Source: Ginkgo biloba
Lineage: Eukaryota; Plantae; Ginkgophyta
Direction: 5' to 3'
DNA length: 19,792 nucleotides
Assembly (NCBI GenBank): GCA_024626585.2
Contig: JANKJI020000004.1
Span: 43,269,076-43,288,867 of the forward strand
Part shown: in pieces, positions 11,427 through 19,792 of the stretch
Layout of the letters: the number at the start of each line of letters is the position of its first letter
How positions within the stretch are numbered: position 1 is the stretch's first letter
Position numbers and translations under genes: made by a program
Notes under the pieces: generated by a model
What the model was told of the DNA's origin: nothing
The model's input: the letters and a program-made list of their open reading frames with translations, nothing else
Databases searched by the model: none

Positions 11427-12560
11427 TTCATCCTAAGCTATGAAACAAATTGTAGAAGGTTTATACACCATTATCACCAAGTTGGGATCATGGATTCTAC
11501 ATTGTGATCGAGAGAGAAACGAGTTGTTTGGAGCCAAATTGGCCCGAGCGCAAGCAATCAACGTTGCCATTGATGCTCAGAATGAAGCAAAGTCACTTTA
11601 CAAACAATTACAGAAGATTGTTGAAGAAACTANNNNNNNNNNNNNNNNNNNNNNNNNNNNNNNNNNNNNNNNNNNNNNNNNNNNNNNNNNNNNNNNNNNN
11701 NNNNNNNNNNNNNNNNNCATCTAAGGGTTAAGAAGAAGAAATGAAGCATTAAAGAAATTGTTGCAACAACATAATATTTCTCTTCCTGCCAAACCACCAA
11801 GTTTGTCTAAGGGTAAGAAGAAATAAAAAATTTCAAGGGGGCAAGGGAACTACTACAATTTTGAAAACTTTGTTGAATGAAGACGTCCAAGCAAACAGTG
11901 GCCAACAAGATGTATGGTGAAGAATNNNNNNNNNNNNNNNNNNNNNNNNNNNNNNNNNNNNNNNNNNNNNTAATATTATCTTAGCCGATAGCTGCACCTC
12001 AAAAGATAGGCTTCAATGGTAGAACCTTCACAAGCATCAGTCATAACAAGTATCGATGGAAGCTAGTCTCGATTATAGCGCGGAATGAAGACCTTGGTCG
12101 TAGCACGAAATGAAGCATCAGTCACAATAACTCTCGGTAACAACACAAAATAAAGTCTTCAGTCACAACACTATAAAAAAATCCAATTATAATTGAGGTT
12201 CAAACTAAAGCTATAAAGACTTAATCATGTTAGTCAGCACATAGATTAGATTAAGGGTTAGTTAATCAAATGTAATTAGTACAAACAAAGTATATGTCTC
12301 TTCATAGTTGACTCTTGGAGAAGGCATGAAAAGGACTATTTATTGTAACCGCCTAAGGGAAGAAAGCAATAATCAATCAATCAATGTAATATCAAATATT
12401 ATTTGTCTTCTATCTTGTGCTATAATGTTCTTTTCTATTCGTGATGCCTTCTATTTCTCACCAATCATATGCAATAATTTGAGGACAAAGTATGCATGCT
12501 AGTCGTTCGTATAGAAGATCACCTCCATATTGGTGAGAGCAGTACACCCTGACTCTTACA
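11427..12560 (+). mobile_element. Probable 3' end of an LTR retrotransposon: accessory coiled-coil ORF, purine tract and LTR
   Basis: Helical A/Q/E/K-rich ORF from 11440, purine tract AAGGGGGCAAGGGAA at ~11835-11849, degenerate ~25-bp repeats at ~12030-12180, TATTTA at ~12337, and a CTCTTACA end at 12560. Interrupted by two gaps; LTR start not resolved. Confidence 0.4.
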
Positions 12561-13383
12561 AATGCAAGAACTCTAGTACTAGATCAAGTTGTGCAAACCC
12601 TAAATTACCCTTTTACTGTAGATGAATAACCAATAAACACATGGTAAACCTAGATGGCAAAAATAATTAAATCTTGGGCAGATCAATAAGTAGCTTTTTT
12701 ACATAGATTTTTGAGATTACACAATCCATGTGTGGTCATAAAAGCATTATAGGGGGGGGTCTTCAAGTTAGGCATGAGTAAATGCAAAATTTTGATGGGT
12801 GTATGTGATTGATTGTTCCCACAATAAATGGAAGTGCGGCAATAGGAGAGTAGAGAATCAACAAATTAGAAACCTAGATCATAAAACATATGAATCATAC
12901 AAAACAATCCACCAGTAGAGAATATTAAACAGAATATAATAATGGTGGATAAGAGTTATACATAATAGAAAATGTTAATGGCAATTGAAAGTAAAATGAA
13001 TATAAAGACCAACCACAAAATGATAAGAAAGTGTTTTCAAAGAATGCATTCCATTAAAGAGCTTACAATACAAATCCAAAGTTCATTTAACAAATAGAAG
13101 GCAAAATTTGGACACACAAAATTGATGGGGCCTAAAAAAGGTAGCAGTTGTTGAGCTCAGTACCTGTGAGTGTATTTTTTTTCTTCAAACTGAATATAAT
13201 AGTAGTAGCTGAGAGTATACACAATAGAATATAACAGTGACAATTAAATACGAGACAAATATCTAGGTGGTAGTAAGGGGAGANNNNNNNNNNNNNNNNN
13301 NNNNNNNNNNNNNNNNNNNNNNNNNNNNNNNNNNNNNNNNNNNNNNNNNNNNNNNNNNNNNNNNNNNNNNNNNNNNNNNNNNN

Positions 13384-13666
13384 CTTTTTAGGTGGCATCA
13401 GAAGATCCTCTAGCTAACTATTCTTTAGCAAGCCATTAAGGGCAACCCAAATCATTTTATTTAATTATATGGACGAACATCTGAAGAATTCTGACTTTTG
13501 CATACCCACATCTTTTATCCGACTTTCGCTCTTCTACCGCTTCTGACAATAAACTAGATAGATTTTCACTTTTTAGATGGCATTAGAAGATCCCCTAGCT
13601 AACTATTCTTTAGCAAGCCATTAAGGGCAACCCAAATCATTGTATTTAATTATATGGCTGAACATC
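13384..13666. repeat. Direct repeat, two 98-bp copies with 185-bp period
   Basis: 13384-13481 and 13569-13666 align without gaps with about 6 mismatches (CTTTTTAG.TGGCAT.AGAAGATCC.CTAGCTAACTATTCTTTAGCAAGCCATTAAGGGCAACCCAAATCATT...GAACATC). Confidence 0.95.
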
Positions 13667-14288
13667 CAAGCATAAAAGAATTGACTCTTTGTATGTAGAT
13701 TGTGTTCCCATCCCTAGCCTTGCAATCTAGACCAATATAATCTTCCCTAATTGAAGTAATAATGCAATTGTCGAAAATGGTATCTTTGCAATACTTTCCA
13801 AATTCTGAATGTAGAAATAATTGCAAATCAAACTACTTCTCAAAAATGAACAATGTTTATCTCAACAAGTGACTTCCTTGTTAATTCTAGGACAGTTCTT
13901 TATCGGCATCAATAATAGCCGTTTTCAGATGAAACATGTCCAAATTGCAAGCATTTTTCGGATCATAATTACCACAGAATTGTAAAAGATACCAAGATTA
14001 ATGTTGGCTCAATTCCTCCATCAATAGAGTCAATTACGCGTAGTGCCAAGAGTACGCGTGTAACCATTCTAACTGTCCATAATCAACAAGCACTGTCAAA
14101 TCCACGCACATATACAACATCATTCTCAATCATTATGAAGGAAACTTTATAAGTTAGGGCATCCTTTCAAACAAACATTTCAAGCCAATCAAAATAACTT
14201 TTATTAGGGCACTTTCCCACACTAAAATATATTAAAATGATATAACAATTTGATCAAAGAGTTGTAGGTCACTTATACTCTAGTTAGT

Positions 14289-14941
14289 GGTAAAGGTGAC
14301 AAATTGGTCTAGAGGAGCGACAATAATATGGGAGACTACAAAGTAAAGTGGGAGTAGATGTTATACATAAAGGTATCATAAAGGCTAACAAAAATAATGG
14401 AATATGATGAAGAATTTGGCTTCCTCTAATTCTTCCCAAAGTGGTATACTTATTGTGGTTACTATTACATGGCAGACTACTAACATAGGATAACTTGATT
14501 AAGAGAGGCAAGTATGGCCCATCAATATGTGCAATTTATATGAAAGTTGGAAAATTTATAAATCATCTATTTACATAATGTGACTTTGTTAGATAGGTAT
14601 TGGTGTTAGTTGGACATGAGTTCTAGCTTAACACTAATATATTCTTGTTTATTATAAATATCTATGAGACAATGATTGATTGGGATTGGAGGTACCCCAC
14701 TGGGCTTAAAAATAAGTTAATATACAAAATACTCTAAAGGTACTTGCCTCGAGTGGTATATAAAATAATTTGGATTACTAAAAATAAAGTTATCTTTGAT
14801 AATAACTTGGTAGATGTAAAAACATATTGGATTAAATCGAGAGAACTATTGAGAGAGTTCATGCTAGCAGCCTTCCCAGAGGGAAAGAGACTCAAGAGAA
14901 TTATTCGAACAGAGACATACTTATCCACTCAGCAGCTATAA
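14289..14941 (+). mobile_element. Decayed L1-clade LINE ORF2 C-terminal fragment (zf-RVT)
   Basis: Hand translation: GDKLV*RSDNNMGDYKVK, frameshift, RIWLPLILPKVVYLLWLLLHGRLLT*DNLIKRGKYGPSICAIYMKVGKFINHLFT*CDFVR*V...WRYP...YLPRVVYKIIWITKNKVIFD. This is the zf-RVT pattern IW....PKV..F.W....GRL.T.DNL.KRG....C..C....E...HLF..C plus W.IW..RN..IF. Confidence 0.9.
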
Positions 14942-15351
14942 TAAAATTTTCCAATAAATATATATATATAACATTGGCCAATACTTCATAGAAATTTTTT
15001 CTATTGGCGAATTTATTCTTTTTAAAGTTAAAAAATATATATCTAGTCAATTGGCGATATATGGCCACCTAAGTTTTTCCCTGAAAAGGACTCATCCATC
15101 CTCATCGGGGAGTGGAATTTTGCAGCGACTCCGAGGAAATAGATCAAGTGACTACCCCGAGGCAGAAGATGGAGCGAAGCCACCAGACTAAACCCACGTT
15201 TTCCACTATTGGTATAGGCGCCAGATACTAGAAGAATGATAACTCTGTTCCTCCAATCAAATAATATTTGACAAGCGAGGTGATCTAAATTACCCAAAAA
15301 GAGAAATTTACAGCAGGCCCTAAAGTTAAACAGAGAAAATCTACAGCATAC

Positions 15352-15592
15352 CTTGAGTAACTACCTCCTGGGCCTCACATTCAATCCTCCTGAAGCCACG
15401 CTCCTTTTTCTCCGCAGCAACCGAAAACATTCTGGCAGGGGCACCAATTCTTAATCCTGTACATGTGGGGAGGAACAATCTCCCATTCGCCCACCTCTTG
15501 GGACCCAATGCACGTGAAGTACTTGGGCACAACGTTGGCCTGGCACCCTTCAGAATAGAAGAAATGCCCACTGTCTCCATCCCCATAGCCAT
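15352..15592 (-). CDS. TRX-M: First coding exon of a nuclear-encoded chloroplast protein, most likely thioredoxin m-type (transit peptide plus start of mature protein)
   Basis: ATG at 15592 in tcaATGGct context gives MAMGMETVGISSILKGARPTLCPSTSRALGPKRWANGRLFLPTCTGLRIGAPARMFSVAAEKKERGFRRIECEAQEVVTQ (80 codons + 1 nt). It is Ser/Thr/Arg-rich and acid-poor at the N-terminus, has an LPxxxGLR motif, and ends in R-I-E-CEAQE like the (V/I)VCEAQE/D junction of plant Trx m precursors. A phase-1 donor CAAG|GTATGC follows (GT at 15351-15350), where Trx m genes have their intron. An in-frame ATG in weaker context lies at 15604. The product call rests on the CEAQE motif only; the active site is not in view. 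Confidence 0.7.
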
Positions 15593-16080
15593 TGACACGC
15601 ACATACACGGAGTACACAAAACTCTAAAACTCGATGACCCAGTGGAGAAAAGCTCCTTAAATACCCAAATTTGATAGGGCTCTACAAAACAGCTGATCCG
15701 AGAGCCCCTTGATTGTGCACTGGATTCCTTACTTTGAGTGTACTGAGAGTTTGGTTGTGCCAAAAGCGCAAAAATTGTCGTTCTTTTTTCTGTGAACAAA
15801 TTGGCTGAATTAACCCCGAAAACACATTCGCTGCTAATGAAACGTATGGATGGCGTAATATATATTGTTAATTTTTCAAAGCATCTCACCAGTCCATCTC
15901 ATAGCTGGACTAACGCCAGATTTATTTTGTATTTAACCTATTGAAAATTTTGTCAAAGGTTTAAAAGGAGTATAAAAAAAAAAAAGAAAAAGAAGCATAT
16001 AATCAGTTGTCGTCATGCCATAGCTCATCTTAAAAGAGTATCAAATTTAGTGCATACGCAACTTATTTTGTGGGACCCAT
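15593..16080 (-). promoter_or_regulatory. Putative 5' UTR and core promoter of the Trx m-like gene
   Basis: CpG-retaining DNA directly upstream of the ATG. TATA-like AATATATATT at 15857-15866 and a GGTCCCAC (class I TCP-type GGNCCCAC) site at 16070-16077 on the minus strand. Motif matches only; no transcript evidence. Confidence 0.4.
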
Positions 16081-16504
16081 TACCGATTCGAACACAAAAC
16101 TCCAAAACGGCGTTTAAAAAGCTCTTTCTTATTAATATACACTATGGGTAATTCATTATAGCACTGTTGCTTAACTAGATGTTTTGTTTTAATCAATGAG
16201 AATAATTTTTTTCTTATAATTTTAAAATTAATGTTTCATATTTTTTTATTTTTTTATTTTAAAATGTTTTAAAATAATTATTCCTGATATTGATTGATTT
16301 GTTCAAAAGTGGTGATGTGGCAATTGTGTTTTTATTTACATTGAATTATTATTAAAAATTACTTTATATTATTATTATGATAAGTCTTGGGGATTTTTTT
16401 TTGTTACTTTATATTATTAGTGTTTAGTTTTTTATTAATATAAAGTTTCAATAGTTTGTCAACTAGTCTGTTTATATGACAAATAACTGTCACATGTTAT
16501 CACA

Positions 16505-16995
16505 CATGCATTCCATTTTTATTTTTCGTTCTTATCTCATTTTATTTTTTGTTCCAATGTCATTCTATCTTTTATTCCATTTCGTTTTCATCTTCTGCTC
16601 TCGTCTCGTTTCTATCTTCTATGTTGTTCTATCTATCATTTTATTTTCGTATTCTGTGTCCATCTTGTATTCCCATCCCATTCTATTCGATCAGTGATTA
16701 TACTTTCATCTTTCATTTCCATCCGAATTCTATCATCCATTCTATTGTTTTGTTTCTATTTCTTTCTTATGTTTTGTTCTATTTTTTTGTTGTCGTTCTA
16801 TTTTCATTCTGTTCTTCTATTACTATTATGTTCCCACTCTATTCTTCCATTTATGTTCGTACATTCTCATTCCCATTTCGTTCCATTCCATTTGGTCAGG
16901 CACAATATTTTTAATTCCCCTGTTTTCATTCTCATTTTCATTTTATTCAATTCCATTTGCCTTTTTCCATTTATGTTCCATTACTCCATTCAATT
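16505..16995. repeat. Pyrimidine-rich low-complexity tract of degenerate CATTC/TTCTA/TTCCA units
   Basis: Strong T/C strand skew with recurrent ttccattcca, cattctatc and ttctatt. It explains the three overlapping F/S/I/L-rich spurious ORFs. Confidence 0.8.
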
Positions 16996-17048
16996 TGGCA
17001 CGCTATGCATTGTTTTATTTTGTTATTATTGTTTTGTTTTAGGGAGGG

Positions 17049-17062
17049 GTGTGTGTGTGTGT
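17049..17062. repeat. (GT)7 microsatellite
   Basis: Direct reading of the sequence. Confidence 0.9.
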
Positions 17063-17073
17063 GGAGGGCCTGG

Positions 17074-17152
17074 TCTATGCAACCAACAACTTACAACACA
17101 TGGCACCATGCAATTGGCTCTTGGACCTATTGTAAGTTGTTGGCTGCATAGA
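17074..17152. repeat. 23-bp inverted repeat with 33-nt spacer (hairpin or mini-MITE)
   Basis: TCTATGCAACCAACAACTTACAA (17074-17096) versus TTGTAAGTTGTTGGCTGCATAGA (17130-17152): 22/23 complementary. Confidence 0.9.
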
Positions 17153-18281
17153 TGGCTATGGTGTGGAGTGACATGGATTTTTTTTAAGTGGATAGTATAG
17201 ATGTGAAGTGAAAGACAACTCTTAATATTTCATTGTGTATAATACAAAGAAAGGACCTTGCCCATCAAATTTGTAGTTGAATTTGAAAATTGAATTGAAG
17301 GTAGCGTAGGAAGATCGAAGTAAAATTGAGAAATTAACTACGACCTTCCGAGAATTAAGGCGAGGAGGTAAGACTTGTGATAAAAATACTGCAATTTTTG
17401 CATTCAAAAGACATTTTGTGAATCGATAGGCAATTAGGATCGCACGAGACAACTCTACAAACGAAATCCACCACAGATCGCATTACATTGGGGGCATCAA
17501 CACGATGCATTCATCCATTTGTGTCGGTGTGATGACTGATTTGGTGGTTCGTACTCAACATAAAGCTGCAATTGTAACATCAAAAGCCCATCTAGCCGTC
17601 GTTGTCGTTGTAAGTGTTGAAATAGTACTGCCGACACGGATGGAATTATTGCACAACAACAACGTCTCAATCGTACACCCGTATGTCCAGACGCAATAGT
17701 TCCGTTGTTACACAAACGGGTGGGAACCAAATAAATTCTTACAACTCAACGGTTCGTGCTGTATACAGGTCATCACGCGGACAATTATTATTAATTTTGA
17801 ACCATTTAGCGCCATTTCATGACATCACTGATTTAGCCTGTTAACGTTCGGTGTCAGCTGCTGAATAGGTTTGATTTATAGTTTTATTGGATCAAGATTA
17901 TTGAGTGTCTTATATTACGTAGCGTTTTTTGGATCTGTGATTCACACGTTCATCGCGCTAAACGGGATTATAGGCTGGGCCGCATAACTGGCACTATTGA
18001 ATGTTGTCTTAATTTGATTTTTCCGCTAGTTAAAGCAGCCGCTGGCGCATTCGTCATTGTGGACATCAGCGATTCCGCACTGCATTGCCTGTAAGATTCG
18101 TCGGATATATCTAAGATATCAGTTTGTGGAGACACCAAAAACCCTTCACGATTATTGTAGCGTTGACGGATGACATTGTTCAATTGAGAGGAGGAACACA
18201 GGAAAAAATTGATTTGGGTTTGAGAGCTCCGGCTGCTGCATGAACCGCGGTTATTAGCGGGCGCTTAGCAGAGTAAATTTA

Positions 18282-18606
18282 ATGGCCACGTTTTTTCTGA
18301 GCCTTTTTGTCACAGGATTTCTGCTTCATAATTTGTAATGGGATGTTGCACTAGGAGAGTCTTCGGAGCCTACTCAAGCACCTGAAGGTGCGTTTTTGGC
18401 TCAATGTCCTCAGTATCCGCCATTTATGTTCCTCTGATCTATTCCCCAAGAGGTTCAGGTTTATCTCTCAAATTTTCACATGTTTATTCTCCACCAAATC
18501 TCATAGTTCCGGCCCCTTCTCCCTGAAGACTCATGGTAAACATGGCAAAAAGAAGCGACAAAAGACATGTTCATGTTCCTGTGCCTGCCCTTGCTATGGC
18601 TCACTG
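18282..18606 (+). pseudogene. Possible decayed secreted Pro/Lys/His-rich protein gene (Lys-rich arabinogalactan protein-like)
   Basis: ttaATGGcc start gives MATFFLSLFVTGFLLHNL*WDVALGESSEPTQAPE. Shifted frames then give VYSPPNLIVPAPSP, KTHGKHGKKKR and KRHVHVPVPALA. Requires one internal stop and several frameshifts. Confidence 0.3.
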
Positions 18607-19661
18607 AACACTGCAACAAAACTACTTACGAAATGAAATGAAAGTGGAATTGGGCAAATTTTGACCAAGACCGAAACAGGAGATCCGCGTTTTCAAAGTT
18701 TGATGACAGGCTGTATATTTTGAATTCGAAATATGGCGCATATTTTAAATTTGAATTCTGATGTAAATGTAAAGATGGCATGGTGAATCATACATTCATG
18801 CGACGCATGGGATAATCGCGGGCAGATTGTATCGCCGGCGTTGGGGCAGTTTTTCCATGGGCCTCGCGCTATACAACTTGCATTTAATTGCAAATTGCTG
18901 GCCACATAGATCGCTGCGTTGTAGACAATTTATGGATGTCAGAGTAGAGGAGAGAGAGACGAGGGTTTGCTCATGTCGGAGGAGTGTTGCATGTGGGCCA
19001 ATGTTCGCATGTCGGTTGGCTCAGGGGTCGGTTGTCGAAGAGGCTATATTCACACGTTGGTTGACTCAGCGTCAATTGTCGCAAGGGTTACATTCTCTAA
19101 AGTTTGTCGGANNNNNNNNNNNNNNNNNNNNNNNNNNNNNNNNNNNNNNNNNNNNNNNNNNNNNNNNNNNNNNNNNNNAAAATTGGTTGTTTTAATGTTT
19201 TAATGTTTAGGATAACCTTAGGTTACATTAGGTTACATGGGTAGGGCGCATGGGGGATATATGTTAGATTTAATTATTTTTTCATTTTTATAAAGTTATA
19301 AGTGAGCCCATAAAACATGATGATTAGTATGTCAGATATTTGCAACTTTTGGACCTTCATTGGCATTACAAAGTTTTGAATTATTGTAATAGTAGTTATG
19401 AGTCCATCGAATCTACCAAATCAGAGAAGAAATTATGAGTTGAGTCTATAATTTAGAGGGTAACAAATCGCATTTGCCATGGGAGTTATGGTTGTGATGG
19501 TGTGTCCGTGCTCTTGTGTTAGTCTAAGTTGTTATGTTAGTTTTCGACATCTTATCGATTTGTTAGTCGAGTACTAGTATTATTATTACACTGTGTGCTA
19601 TTTTTTCTAGGTTGTTATGTTGTGTATGAAAATTACATGTATACTTCGATGACTTTGTAAA

Positions 19662-19731
19662 TTGGTCAGACATTATAAGTGCAACATTAGTCGCGAAGGG
19701 CCCTGCAACTATGTTGACTTTTTCTGACCAA
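19662..19731. repeat. Degenerate 70-bp palindrome
   Basis: TTGGTCAGA...AAGTGCAACATTAGTCGCG-A-AGGGCCCT-GCAACTATGTTGACTT..TCTGACCAA, with perfect 9-bp outer arms and a palindromic AGGGCCCT centre. Confidence 0.7.
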
Positions 19732-19792
19732 GCATTGGATTACAACAGAAATAATCTTGAATGTAGCAAATAAATTTGTGTAGAAAACAAGC

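Noticed and set aside
7673-12605. Scattered AAACCCTA/TTAGGGTT telomere-like motifs
   Set aside because: Isolated single copies, common in plant LTRs, not an interstitial telomeric array.
13384-13666. Repeat-spacer-repeat as a CRISPR-like array
   Set aside because: Only two 98-bp copies, eukaryotic context, and no cas genes.
15043-15297. 84-aa minus-strand ORF as the next exon
   Set aside because: No Trx motif and no recognisable domain; treated as intron sequence.
15341-15889. Full 182-aa ORF as a single-exon protein
   Set aside because: It starts at GTG, the upstream ~99 codons cover probable promoter and 5' UTR, and the last residues read through the splice donor. Only 15592-15352 looks coding.
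16476-17200. Hydrophobic F/L/S/I-rich ORFs resembling membrane proteins
   Set aside because: All three frames are open because the T/C-rich tract rarely forms stop codons, so this is a compositional artefact.
18388-18636. Cys-rich tail CSCSCACPC as a metallothionein-like peptide
   Set aside because: It arises from TG(T/C)NCN-type repeats that read HVHVPVPALA in another frame, and the ORF starts at GTG rather than ATG.

Overview
AT-rich eukaryotic DNA from a draft scaffold with nine N-gaps (six are exactly 100 N). It is most likely from a large-genome land plant, and the transposon remnants look gymnosperm-like (inference). Bases 1 to ~15,000 are a CpG-depleted nest of decayed retroelements: three Ty3/gypsy gag remnants, a retropepsin remnant, LTRs with degenerate primer-binding sites, a probable solo LTR with a near-perfect TSD, and an L1 LINE zf-RVT remnant. 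The one credible host gene piece is a minus-strand first coding exon (15592-15352). It encodes an 80-aa chloroplast transit peptide ending ...RRIECEAQEVVTQ, followed by a canonical GT donor, and most resembles plastid thioredoxin m. Its WCGPC-containing second exon is not visible, so the TE nest may be one giant intron, or the exon may lie in a gap. Upstream (16-19.8 kb) are a pyrimidine-rich degenerate tract, several hairpins, and a CpG-retaining region with a possible decayed secreted Pro/Lys/His-rich (AGP-like) gene. I find no support for a novel multi-gene system, CRISPR array, rRNA or tRNA gene. Most ORFs in the supplied track are spurious.
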